Shown here piece after piece: positions 35,804 through 48,520 of a stretch of DNA of 64,000 nt. This DNA comes from Vitrella brassicaformis CCMP3155 (taxonomy: Eukaryota > Protista > Chromerida), in assembly GCA_001179505.1 (NCBI GenBank), contig CDMY01000347.1, positions 62,001 through 126,000 on the forward strand. The letters run 5' to 3'. Numbering within the stretch: position 1 is the first letter of the stretch; each line of letters begins with the position of its first letter. The notes beneath the pieces were generated by a model. It was not told where the DNA came from, did no database searches, and saw only the letters and a program-made list of their open reading frames with translations. The translations under genes were made by a program, and so were the position numbers.

Positions 35804-37616
35804 ATGCTGATTGCGCTTCACTGGAGTCCCGATGACGACACTGATACGATGCCTGCTCCCTGGACTGCCATCAGGAGCACCAACACTCGAAAGATCCCAG
35901 TGTTGGAAAGATCCGATTTCAGAAATGGAGGGCGACCCAAAGGTGAGTTCAAGCTTGCACTAAAAAGAGCGCAGAAAAAGTGAAAGAAAAGGTTCCACTG
36001 AGAGACAGTGGCGTTACTGACGTGTCCATTGCTGCATGGGCTCCAGCTGTGTGCCACCGAGTCGTCGAATTGCCCATATATTGATACAATCCGGCTGGCG
36101 AAGCCCACAGAGGCATTTCCCTCGGAAAGGCATTGCAAAGGCACTCAATACCCTTGGATTGACATTGCTCAACGCTCGGGTTCGATGAGGAGGGCCGGGG
36201 CCACCCAAGGGATGGAGGTATGGACGGGATGCATTCCCCGCACTGGTCTATAAATAAATGCATTTGCTGTCGGCATGTGTGGCTGATCAGATGGACGAGT
36301 GCAATGTGGATGCCCGGAAGTCGGCAACACCAAAGCTGTTCGCCAGATTCAAACCGAAGTTTCTCGAGGTGAGACGATTTGAGAAACGGAAAATTAATTG
36401 CTGTGGCTGTCTGCCCATTGCAAGAAGGTCCCCATGGATGGATGTCTGCCTGGCGGCTGCCTGGCGCTACTGGTGAGCGTCGACAGACAGAGGTTTGTCT
36501 GCTTCTGATCTTTGTGGGGACGTTCACCTACCGCTCTCAGTTGCGTCGCAAGTGCCAGTCCGTGAGTGGGAAGGACAAGGTGCAGCTCGAGAAGATGCGC
36601 GACAGCGATGGCTCACGCACCACGTGTGATACGGAGGGCATCGGGGAGGACGGCGTGCACCTCCCTCGCCGCCTCACTCAGGTAGTAAGTGGCTGGGGTA
36701 GGCGCATACTCGTGTCATCCATCCATCCATCCATTGCATTAGTGGACTCTCTGTTGTGTATGTGCCTGCCTGCAGGACTTCGATAGTGTGTTCGAGGAGG
36801 CTGCTGCCGGTTCGTCCAGCGACGAAGGAGCAAAGGGGCCGGCCCTCAAGCAAATCGCCTTGCAGAAACGCATGGATGCCGTCTTGTACGGACACCTGGA
36901 GGGGGTGAGACGAGACACACAAGGCGGCGAGACACCAACCGCCAAACAACATGCACTGTGTCTGCGTGTCTGCGCAGAAGCTGGATCAGGCCTTTCACGG
37001 TCGGGCGCCGAGAGGGTACGATGGCGACAGGGACGGTGGTGATGGCGATGGCGACAGCGACAGCGAGTCGGCTGAGTCGTCGGTGTGGTTCATCTACAAC
37101 CATAGTGAGTTGCCGGAGGGGGGCTACGGGAAGGGCACGGCCCACTGGCTGCCGAAGTGGCGACAGCAGGTGAGGGAGAGGTGGAGACATGAGGGAATGA
37201 AGGGCCTCCCACTCATCAATGGCCGAATGGATGGATGGATAAATGGACTGTGTGTGGTGATGATGCATTCACGCGTGCAGGAGATCGATGCGGCACTTGA
37301 CATGATGCGATTTCTGCGGGACGATGCCGATGCTGAGTCGGTGCCCGTGAGGCGCTGTGAGTTCCATCCACTGAAACCACTCACGTGGGCGACACCTGAA
37401 TGGATGGCCGTGCCGCTCACACTCACTCATTTGTTCATGTCACTTGCTGTCTGTGTGTGTGTGCCTTTCAGGTGATGGAACGCATGCAGCACGTGTGTGG
37501 GGCTGTAAGCTGGCTCGATGGACGGATGGGCAGATGGTGGTGCGACAGACATGGCTCTCTTGCTGCCGCCTGCCTGCATGGTATGTCTGGCTGGCTGACG
37601 TGATGTATAGACGTGA
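35804..37616 (+). CDS. Hypothetical protein (multi-exon orphan)
   Basis: Phase-consistent exon chain: ..RNGGRPK-VALLTCP..GME-MDECNV..FLE-KVPMDG..ALL-LRRKCQ..LTQ-DFDSVF..LEG-KLDQAF..WRQQ-EIDAALDMMRF. Start (35804 or 35849) and end are uncertain. Confidence 0.45.
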
Positions 37617-37850
37617 CACGCGGCGGATGCTTCCCTCCCTCTCCCTCTCTCTCCCTCTCTCTGCGGGGAGGGGCATCCGTGTGAGTGACTCCCTCAGTCC
37701 ATGTGAGTGCTTCACGCGACCGACTTACTCGGTGCATGTCCAGCCATGTCCGGCGACACACAAGAGTCGTTCACGCCTCACTCATTGAATATGTACATGT
37801 ATAATAACCATTACACACAAACTCATCTCATCATCGCACCTCTCTCCTAA

Positions 37851-40800
37851 TTAACTCATCTGAACCCCGCCACCTCCACTATGCCATTGCGCACTCTCCA
37901 CCGGCCGATCATGCTCGTGGCCGTTAGCCCTCCCCTCCCTCATTCCACCACCAGTCAGAAAGACATCATCACCGACGTCCACCAGCTGCGGCGCCGCAGA
38001 CGGCATCTCTGCACTGAACGGGTCAGCTGAGGGATGGTCCATTGCTGTCGGGGGGGAGGGGGGAGGGGCCGGGGAGGGGGAGGGGGATGGTGATTGGAGG
38101 TCTTGCTGGCCCTTGTGCGTGTGCTGCGGTTGCTGTGTGGGTGGGCTGGGCTGGTAGCTGACGCGGTAAAGACCCTCCGCCTCCATCGCAAGAACGAGAC
38201 CACGCTAATTGACACAACAAACAGGCAGACAGGCAAAGCACCATCCATCAGAGGCCGACACATGCAGCGTGACTTATATCTATCACTCACCTGGTCGATG
38301 TGTGCCTGAGTGCCGTAGATGGCCGCGAGATGGGAGGCAACCAGAGGGATCAATATCTCGGCATAATGCTGCACACACATGGACAATGAGTGCGCGTCAC
38401 ATACGCACAGACATCGGCGTGTTCGGATGCTCACCTTGCACATCAGCGTGAATTCGTTTTGCTTGGATGTGGCGGATGAAGTGGTGGCACTGAGGGCGGT
38501 GGGCGACCCCTTCGGTCCCTTGGTGAGCACCTCCCCCTCTCCCCCGATGCAGTCCCTCTGAACGCCCTTGAGCAATGATAGACCACCCATCAAACACTCA
38601 GTGCAGTGCCTGCAAAGACAATGAAAAGCCAATGGGGCAATGGTGTGTTGTGCGTTTCCGTGGGGTGTCCGTCCTTACTTGACGACTAGCGGCCGCAGGC
38701 TGCGCAATGCACACTGCCTGGATTGGATTGGATGGAGAGAGAACAGATAGGAAGGAAGGAGCTATGCGTTCGTGTTTTGGTCAGCCAACGTACCTTAGCT
38801 CGTTGCACATGGCGATCCACTCGTTGGCGAAGATGGCCTGAGAGAGCAAGGCAACGCAATTGCGGGGAGTGAGCGCATTACTCAGCCTCATTGCTGCTTG
38901 CTCACCAGCGGCCGGTGTCGCGTCAACTTCAGGGTCTTCTGGTGCGAGATGGCTGCAGAAAGGAGCAGAGACAACACACGTCAGAAGCAATGGACGGCTT
39001 GTGTGTGAGTCCGTGTGTTCTGTTGCTCACGTGCTGCTGGGTCCGTTTGCGCCTCTGTGCCGTTGTGCGTCTTGTCTGCCTGCTCCTGCTGCGATGGTGG
39101 CTGGGTGCTGAGGGCCGTCGATGGCACCCAGTTGTACCGTTCCAACTCACTGCACGCTCACACAGACACCGAGTTGAGCAGTGGGTGGCCCTTTTCGCCT
39201 GTCATCCAGTTCACGTGTTGAAGTTGAGTAGCGCCCGATCGAGCATGCCGCACACGTAATCCTGCAGACAGGCAGGCAGGCAAGCAGGCAGGCAAGCCAG
39301 TCCCATCAATGCATCAGGAAGATCATTCCTCGGCCCCCTCGCCTCTCGTCCCACCTCCAAATAGAGGTCGAAGATGACAGCAGCGCTTGGGAAGAACTGA
39401 CAGCCCAGCCGCTTGAGTGTCGATGACGTGTGCAGCGTCTGACGGTACAGCGCCGCCAAAGATGACGCGTCCATCGGGGGGGCCGGCACCAGCGTGCCGT
39501 CTGGCATGTCGTCGACACACGAACGGAGAGAGGGAATACCACTCTGTTGTGTGCAATGGGTACCTGGTGATTGGTACAGTGGTTGTGTGGCTGGGTAGAG
39601 GTGGTGGTACTTGGTGGGCAGGAGGGCGGCCCGCAGCAGCTCCACGAACCAGCACACCTGGTCCAGCAGCCACGCTGACAGGGGTCCTTCAGTACCACCA
39701 AACAACGCCCTGTTTGACACATCGGGTCGGGAGAGACTAATGACGTGTGTGGTATCTATCGACTCTCGGTCTGTCTTTTGGTCGGGCTCGGCTCACTTGT
39801 AGTGCATGCCGACGTCGCATATGTGCGTCCGCAGCAGATCAGCCGCGCCACGCAGACCACTGAACGAAGGAACAACCACAGACAGACAGACAGGCCAATC
39901 AGACAGCCCGGCGACCTCAGCGTTGCGTTGCGTGATGTGGCGAAGGTGCGTTCGACTCACTTGGCGCAGTTTGAGATGGTGAGTGTCTCTGTTTGTCTCC
40001 TGTGTGTGTCGACGTAGTCGCTCCGCCTCGCGAGGAATTCGGCCTGCAACTCCTCCTCACTATACACACCCAGACGACGCAAATACCTTAACACCAAACA
40101 CATTCACGGCAGACAGTAGACAGACGTAGATGAGCTCTCTTTGAAGACGTGAAGTGGGTGTGCGTGTGTGGGGGGCAGGGCAGCTCACCCCACGATGCGC
40201 ACACATGCCGGCAGGTGGATGTCGCCCTTGAGCTGATGCAGCAATATACTCTGAAGAGCCAGCTTCTGGTCCGCCACCTGCACACAGACAGACCATACAC
40301 ACACCACACCCATACACGAAGTACGTCCACGAATCACTCTGTGTGTCCACGTCTGTCTATCTGCCAACTTGTTTCTCGAGCATGGTGAGTAGTTCGCTGT
40401 CGTGTCCGCGGCTGCGGAAGAGGTGGAACAGCTGCTGGGCGAAGGCCAGCCCGTCCAAAGTCTCGTCATACTGGCCGTTGCGGCTAGCCGTAGACAGCAG
40501 CTGAGGAATCTCCAAAATCTAGACAGACAGACGCACACGCGCACACGATCAGCACATCCGTCCGTACCAGCGGAAACTTTTGTGTTGAGAGCCATTTGTG
40601 TGTTGGTTCGTCGCTTACCTCTATGAGTGTGTTGTGGTGCTGCAGGAGATTCCTGAGGCCCTGACGCTCACGATCCAAACCGCTGGCCGTCGATTGAAAC
40701 GACTGTCGCATCATCATACACACACACACACACACAGACCATGGGACAGGCGCTTATCCGTCTTTTTGCTGCCTGCCTGACCTGGAGTCCCCTTTGCAGT

Positions 40801-40975
40801 GGCTCCAGCTGCCCCAGTACGTCATCGAGCTGTCCCTCGATGGACGTCAGCTGCTCGCGCACGCCCGTGATTGTCTTGGCGCTGGCGATGAAGGCGCCGT
40901 AGTTCTGCACAGCCAGGGTCTCCATCTCACTCGACAAACGCTCCTGCTCCAACTGAAGAATCGTCTGGTGGAATT

Positions 40976-41012
<37 letters not shown>

Positions 41013-41391
41013 ATAGATGCGCGATGCTGTTCGTTACTCTGTGTGCGTGTGTTGTGTTGTGTTGTGTTGTGTTGGTCACCGGTTCTTTGAGGAGCCGTTC
41101 CATGGTGAGTGACGTCAGGTGCGGCACGTAGCTCTGCGCTATCCCAAACAGCGGATGCTCCGTCACCGAACGCTCCCCCTTCGTCCCTTCCATCCCTTCA
41201 CGCCGCGCTGCATCACCACCAACACCACCAGGAGCAGCCGCCGCCGCCTTCTGGGCCTCATCGTCCGAGTGATCCGCCAGCAGGAATTTGAGGAACTTGT
41301 CTGCCGTGGCATCTGCGATGAGCGGCGCGTGGGATGAGGCCGTCAGCGGCGACAGACTCTGCGCTTCAGTCACGTCAAGCGGAGGGTCCAT
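37851..41391 (-). CDS. COG8: Conserved oligomeric Golgi complex subunit 8 (Dor1 family)
   Basis: YVPHLTSLTMERLLKEP, LAVQNYGAFI, LLQHHNTLIE-ILEIPQL, RNGQYDETL, LPACVRIV, YLRRLG, YKALF, LSAW, NEWIAMCNELR; multi-exon. Confidence 0.85.
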
Positions 41392-42117
41392 CAATTCGAC
41401 GAAAGATGAAGTGGTCTCTGTTGCCCCACTGGACTGCGCTGTTGACCACCTACGTCTGCGATGCCCGTCGAGCTTTCTGAGCGGGAGATCTGCATCAAGC
41501 TCGCAGAGCTTTAGGGTGCATCTGACCCCTCCCTCCACATTCCTGCGCGGATCTTTGAGATCAGTGCATGGTGATGAGCGGCGGCCCCCCACGCACAGGA
41601 TGCACACACGTGGCTGACACAGGCGGGGCGGCTGCTGGCGGCACTAACAGACAGACATCGGTGCGGGCAGTTCGGTGAGCGACCAGCAGATGACACGCCG
41701 AGGTGATGCATGGCGCTGTGATGCGACGGGTGGTGGTGGTTGTCATCTGTCTGTTTGTGCGGTGTGCTGCAGATGTCGTGTGGGGTGCGGGGCGGCGGTG
41801 CTTGGCGACAACACTGCACTCGACCAACTGGTATGCAGAGAGAGATGGGCACACACACATGAGGACACAGGCAGGACTCACACACACAGACGTCTGTCTG
41901 TCTGTCTCAGACTGTCTGTGTGTCCTCAGTGTGTGACTGTCTGAGTGGCTCTCTGATGGCTTCGACGCGCTGATGGCGATGATATGTGCTGAAGGGAGAG
42001 AGATCGGCCGATGAGCCGACGGACGGGCTGACTGAACTGAACTGACTGAATCTCTCACTATGTCGCCTTTTGGTCGTATGTGCGTCGATCTCACTGTGTT
42101 GTGTTCTGGGGCTTTGC

Positions 42118-42815
42118 GTGTCGGTCGGTCTGGCTGCCATTGTCATTTGTCCTTTATCTCCCACTTCTCAGCCGTCTGCTGCGATGAGTGTGTCGGCTAG
42201 TGAGTGGGGGGCGGGGGAGAGATGACAGACAGACAGACAGAGAGGGATCAGTGGCTGGCTGGCTGCACAAAGGAATCGCTGTGTGGTGTGGCGGTGGCCG
42301 TCTGTCTGTGCATCTGTCATGTGTGACGTGTGCTCGCGAGAGTGTGTTGATCTCTCGTCGATGCATCCGTCACACACGGCCGGCTCACGGACAGACAGCT
42401 CGACACACACACACACACTGATCTGCCTGAGAGAGAGAGAGAGAGTCTTCGCCACTGTTTTGTGTCGGCACCGCCCTACAAGGTGCGGCGAAGAGCTGGC
42501 GCTTCGGCCGGCAAGGTGGCTGAAGTTTCCACCCAGAGAGCTGGACAGACACTCACAAAGCCACCCAGCGCCACGGAAAGCTCTCCGCCTGTCGAGTGGA
42601 TGAGAGAGACACTGACCTCTCTATCATGTCTTGTATCTGGTACCATGTGTTGGTTTTCCTCGTGTGTGTCCCCCCCTCTCTCTCTGTGGGCATCTGTTTT
42701 CTGCACCGGCAACTCCAGAGCGTCAGCCCACGAAGGGTGTTGGTGCTTTAGGGTTGCCGGGCGGTGACAGAGATGCGCGCAGAGGGGGCGGGCGAGGGAA
42801 TGAATGGACACACAC
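42118..42815. repeat. Segmental tandem duplication, copy A (about 700 bp)
   Basis: Nearly identical to 43438-44139, from GTGTCGGTCGGTCTGGCTGCCATTGTCAT to GGAATGAATGGACACACAC; offset about 1.32 kb. Confidence 0.9.
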
Positions 42816-43437
42816 GACTGCTGAGAGAGAGAGATATCTGTTTGTTTGCCTGCTTGTCTGCCTGTGGGTCATATGTGGCACACACACGAGTGTTTTGTCT
42901 GAGTGGTGGCGATGACATGTGCTGAAGGGAGAAAGATCGGCCGATGCGCCGACCCCTGCTGCCCAATACGTGCTGACTGCCTGGCCTTAGCTGACATCTC
43001 TCTCTCTGTCTCTCTGTCTCTCTCTCTCGTGGCCCTTTTGCGTGTTGGTGTCGGTCGTCGACTGACGGACGACAGCCGGACAAGACGAGAGCTCATTATG
43101 CGGCGGTGTGTGGCGGTCTGATGATGGACTTTGGTGTCTGCGAGCAATGGTACACCGACAGACACACAGAGAGGGAGGGACACACAGACGGACAGAGAGG
43201 GGGGGCCGATGACGTCTGTGTGTCTGTGTGTGTGTGTGTGTCAGCTGTGGTTGGTGTGCTGATTCACTCGCTGGAACAAAGCGAGACGACGGCCGAGCGG
43301 CTGCCGCTGTGAGATCGGCCGATGAGTCGACGAGCTGATGTGAGTGAACTGACTGTCTATCTCTCTGCCGCGTGGACGGCATCGATGGACTGACGGCTGT
43401 CGTGTTTATGAGAGTGTATTGTGTTATGGAGCTTTGT

Positions 43438-44139
43438 GTGTCGGTCGGTCTGGCTGCCATTGTCATATCACATCAGCCCTCCACTCGTCAGCCGTCTGCT
43501 GCCATGAGTGTGTCGGCTAGTGAGTGGGGGGCGGGGGAGAGATGACAGACAGACAGACAGAGAGGGATGAGTGGCTGGCTGGCTGCACAAAGGAATCGCT
43601 GTGTGGGGTGGCGGTGGCCGTCTGTCTGTTCATCGGTGTGCGCGTGACGGCTGTTCGCGAGAGTGTGTTGATCTCTCGTCGATGCATCCGTCACACACGG
43701 CCGGCAGACAGACAGACAGCTCGACACACACACACACACTGATCTGCCTGAGAGAGAGAGAGAGAGAGAGTCTTCGCCACTGTTTTGTGTCGGCACCGCC
43801 CGACAAGGTGCGGCGAAGAGCTGGCGCTTCGGCCGGCAAGGTGGCTGAAGTTTCCACCCAGAGAGCTGGACAGACGCTCACAAAGCCACCCAGCGCCACG
43901 GAAAGCTCTCCGCCTGTCGAGTGGATGAGAGAGACACTGACCTCTCTATCATGTCTTGTATCTGGTACCATGTGTTGGTTTTCCTCGTGTGTGTCCCCCC
44001 CTCTCTCTCTGTGGGCATCTGTGTTCTGGACGGGCACTTCCAGAGCATCAGGCCATGAAGGGTGTTGGTGCTTTAGGGTTGCCGGGCGGCGACAGAGATG
44101 CGCACAGAGGGGGCGGGCGAGGGAATGAATGGACACACA
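43438..44139. repeat. Segmental tandem duplication, copy B
   Basis: See copy A; differs by scattered substitutions and microsatellite length. Confidence 0.9.
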
Positions 44140-45236
44140 CATGGATGGACCGATGTGCGAATGAGACGGTCGCCTTCCCTTTCAAGGCTCAGCGTGCAGA
44201 GCCCACCCCACTCAATCAGCAGCCAGATGCTGATGCATTCCGCTGACATGGAAGAACGTGTCGCACATACACATCTGTGAGTGTCCCGCAATGCAAATCA
44301 CACGTCAGGTGGTCGGTCACTCACACATTCCACTCACACTGACAACCAACACACACGCACACGAGTCGACAGCCGGCACGCCACCCTCACTCAACGGCAC
44401 GGACGTCAGGCCCATGACGGCCAACATCCGTCACGTGTCGTGAGGAATGACTGAGCCAACCGCTCGATCTGTCACGATCACAGCATTGCCAAATGTTCAT
44501 CCGTCCATCCATTCAAGACTGCGCGACAAAAGCGTCCCTGGCCACCCAAACCCCTTTCGCCGTCCCTCCGTACAAAGCGACTAATAGACACTGTACGTCC
44601 GTCCGCCCCTCCCTCCCTCCCTCCCTCCCTCCCTCCCCAGTCAAAAATGGCAGAGGACAGGGGAGGGAGGCTGTGCCTTTTACACAGATGGTATGTATCA
44701 TTCATGTGTGCCCACGGATAGATAGATACACCTCTCCCTCCCTCTCCGTTTTTCTTTCTTTGTGCGGACTGGCTGTATGCGTTCGCATTCATCCATCCAT
44801 ATGTCGCCCATTTGCCCCCCGGCCCCTGTACACTACGTCGGATGAAAAAGCTCACTAACACGCACACACGCGAACACGCAACACGCACAGCTCATGGATT
44901 CGATCACGCCGCAACAAACAAAGAGGGAGGAGTCTGCACCCGCATCCAAAAGGCAAAAGCGGCGCCAATGCAGAGACACCAAAAAGAGGCAGAGGGGAGG
45001 ATGGGGGGGCACACACTCAGACGGGTCGAAATGCATGATATAGTGGGTATGCATCTGCATGCACGAGTGCACTCAGGGAGGGAGGACCTAGCTATAAAGC
45101 GCGACGCACGGACCGCCAGCAACAGCACAGCACCCGTGAGGCGCACACTGTTGCCGCGTCAATTGTATGCACTCATCGAATCGATAGCAGCATGAACACA
45201 CGCACCACCCATTGCCACCCATCACCACCCATCCCA

Positions 45237-47053
45237 TCAGTGCATCCGCCAGGAAAGCCCCAGCTCGCTCTGGGATATCCAATTCGACATGTGGTCCAGG
45301 GACCTCTCTACCCCTCTACTCGCGTCGGATGATGGACGTTCGGCCCGCGGCGACCCCACATAGCCGAAGGGATCGGAGCCCGGCACGCCCATGACGCTCT
45401 CCTCGATGGGGATGTGGAGGCTTACCAGCGAGTCATTGCTCCGTTTGGGCTCCAGTGGACAGCGGCTGTCCTCTGTCTCGGTCGTCTCGTCGGTAGCCAT
45501 GGTGGTGCCCTTGGCCACCGGTGTCACAATGACGTCATCTGATGGACGGACACCAACACAACCCCCCCATTCATGTCGGCCACCATGTTCGCCGTGTTGA
45601 CGGACGTACCTGTTTGTGTGTCTGTGTCTTTGAGGCCCGATTGCTGCTGCTGCTGCTGCTGTGCGTTTGGTACGGCCGCCTTCTGCTTACGGCTCCGCTG
45701 TGCCCACCATGAGGCGAGGAACGCGTCAATGAGAATCTGCGTGAAGTGACCCAAAATCGCCCCGATAACCATCACACCCTGCAGCAAAGGAAAGGACAAG
45801 ACGAAGCAGCAGAAGGTGATTCGGATCCGGTGATGATTTGACCAGTGGTCTTGTCTCACCCGTGCGCCGAGGGCAGCCGGGAGGAATTCGATGACGGTCA
45901 CGCACACGGGGAGTGTCTTCTGCGACGCGCACACGACCACTGCCTTGCTGATCGCTGCAGTCAACACACACGGACCATGATTGAGCCGGCTGTGTGCAGA
46001 GGTCGGTGCGTTTCTCACGTGTGGGCAGCCGCAGGAGGAGAGATGCTGATGCGTTGATAGCGAGGTAGACCAAATGGAGGCCCACACCAAGGGCAGCCGT
46101 CGCAATGACCATCTCCACATGTAAATCGGCAATCTGCACGGACGACACACAGCAACAAGCCATCACGCTTGTCTGGCGTGTTGATGTCTGTGTGCAGTGT
46201 CCTCTGGTGACTGACTGACCTGATCGACCGCCTTCGAGACGCTCATCCAGACGATGACAATAAGAAAGAATGCCGACGAGTGCTTCATGAGCTTCTTGTG
46301 CCTGTTGGCGAAGGCCAGTATGGGCTTCCACAACGACAGCAGTTTGCCCACGACCAGCGGGACAAGGATCGAGTACGTCAGGTTGAGCAGCATCTGCACC
46401 CCGTCAATCCGCACCGTAATGCTCTCGCCCTCTTCCGCGCCGCCTTGTGACACATCGACTAGCAGCGGGACGCTGACGGGCAGCGTGAAGATGGCCAAGA
46501 AGTTGGTCACAACAGTGAAGAGCAACGCCAGTGGCTGGTTGCCCTCCGCTTGCTTCGTCAATATGACACCACTCGTGAGCGTCATGGGCATCAGAGCGAA
46601 CAGCGCCAAGCCGAGGGATAGCTCCATTGGCACCAGCGGCACAAACACCAGGGCGAAGCCTGCCAGCGGAGTGATGACAATAATGGAGAAGACGCCATAG
46701 AGGGCTCCCTGCCAGCACTTGAGGCCCTCTTTCACTTCAGCGAACTGCAGCTTGAGGCCGGAGAGGACGAAGATGATGCACACGCAGATCCGGGAGACCA
46801 AGCCCGACGGCACAGGGGAGTCCACACCTGCCAGCCATTCGCCAGGCAGAGGGACCTGATCACACGACAAACACGTCACTGGGAATGCAGCCATCCTCTG
46901 TGTCATCTGTGCTGCCCGCTCATCCCTTACCAGTGCTCCAAACACCACAAACACAACGAGACCGACAGGTAAGAAGTGATTGTCGCAGAAATTGAATATT
47001 CCACGGCCCAGTCTTGCCAGCCAGCTTGGCTTTGCTTCTACTGAAGTCATCAT
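45237..47053 (-). CDS. Bile acid:sodium symporter family protein (SLC10A7/BASS4-like, SBF_like)
   Basis: [97 protein letters not shown]; multiple TM segments. Confidence 0.9.
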
Positions 47054-47179
47054 TGCCGATTTTGCCTGCGAGCTAGGCGATCAGCACTGTTTGCGAGCTT
47101 AACCCCGAAGAAAGAGGAAAAGCGGCTTTGGTGGCTTGAAGAGCCGACTTGGTCGCAGAGGCATCCCTGCTGGACGACA
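47054..47179. promoter_or_regulatory. Very short bidirectional promoter with two TGCGAGCT copies (47067-47074, 47092-47099)
   Basis: 126 bp between divergent ATGs; direct tandem pair of the motif. Confidence 0.65.
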
Positions 47180-47470
47180 ATGGCAACCTCAAGCTCAGGA
47201 GCTGTCGCTGCTCAGGCGACTCCTTCGTATTTGCCGCTTGCTCTCATCGACAAGTGCATCGGGAGCAAGATCTGGATCATCATGAAGGGCGACAAGGAGC
47301 TGGTGGGGACGCTGAGAGGCTTCGACGACTTCGTCAACATGGTCCTCGATGACGTCACCGAGTACACCTTCACGAGTGAGGGCAAGCAGACGACGCAGCT
47401 GGACTCCATCCTGCTCAACGGCAACAACATCACGATGCTGGTGCCGGGAGGACAGCCGCCCGAGGAATGA
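47180..47470 (+). CDS. LSM5: U6 snRNA-associated Sm-like protein LSm5
   Basis: Intronless ORF: [63 protein letters not shown]. Confidence 0.97.
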   Translation: MATSSSGAVAAQATPSYLPLALIDKCIGSKIWIIMKGDKELVGTLRGFDDFVNMVLDDVTEYTFTSEGKQTTQLDSILLNGNNITMLVPGGQPPEE

Positions 47471-48520
47471 TTGACTGGCGATGATGATTTGATTTGAGTG
47501 CCTGGTTGAAGACTGAAGATGAGATGGCTCGTCGCTGTGTGATGTACAGTTGGGGGTCTACATTTGGTTAATTGCTGAGACGGACGGACTTGCTTTCTGC
47601 ATGACAGCTGCAGCACTGTCTGTGCTGTGCCTGACTCGCTCAGCTGTGGCTTCGGTGGTGTCGTGTCCACTCTCTCTTTCTATGATATATGCCGCATTGG
47701 TTGTCGGGCAATGATGCGTGCTGTGTTGTGTCTGCCGCGAGGATCTGCCGTGACCTCATCCTGGTGTATTCATGGGTGGAAGGTGCCTGGTGATGGCGTG
47801 AGACTGCTGGAGATTCGCCCCTCACGAGGTCATCGGCAAATCTCCAATGGTACATGCCGTACCCCAGCATTTTCTCACCTGTGAATGAATGTGTACAAGA
47901 TATGCAACAGGGAGGACAGAGAATGCTCACCGTGTTGTCGCTTACTGATGGTGTCGGTTTGATGACTCGCCGTTGCCCTGCTGTTATAACTTCCATGCCT
48001 CTCGGCGATGTCTATCGGCTTTCATTGGTCGGGATGAGAGCAGCTGTGCATCGCCGAGAGGCAGGAACGCTACTGAAGGATCATCACACTGACCGCATTC
48101 AATGCTGAGATGGAGTCACTGACAAAAAACGTCCCCACACGGATTTACAAACCGTTAGAAACGGCTGGACGGCGCGCGGGCGCGCACACGAAAGCGAGGG
48201 ACAGCGAAGCGGAGGCAGGGCGCCAGCGGTCGGCAGCGCCACCCTGTGAGCCAGCCAAGAAGTGTTTGGCCGTGTGTACTTGTCTATCTCTCCGCTTTCC
48301 GTCTTTTGTAAGCCTGCCCCGCACCGCAGCGCACCCTGCCTCCCGACCCGACTGCCTTGCCTTGCCTTGCCTAGCCTGTCTATCTCTCTCTTTATATATT
48401 CTGACAGCTGCCTGCTACAGCCCTGCAGCAATTTATACTCAGAATTGATTTCCTTCCTCCTGGACTGACTGACGACTGCACATCGCACCCATCGAACACA
48501 ACTGTCTGCAGACTATCGCA

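Noticed and set aside
42462-42811. ORFs within the duplicated unit on either strand (also 43571-44142)
   Set aside because: Stops differ between copies, the peptides include microsatellite tracts, and no domain is recognisable.
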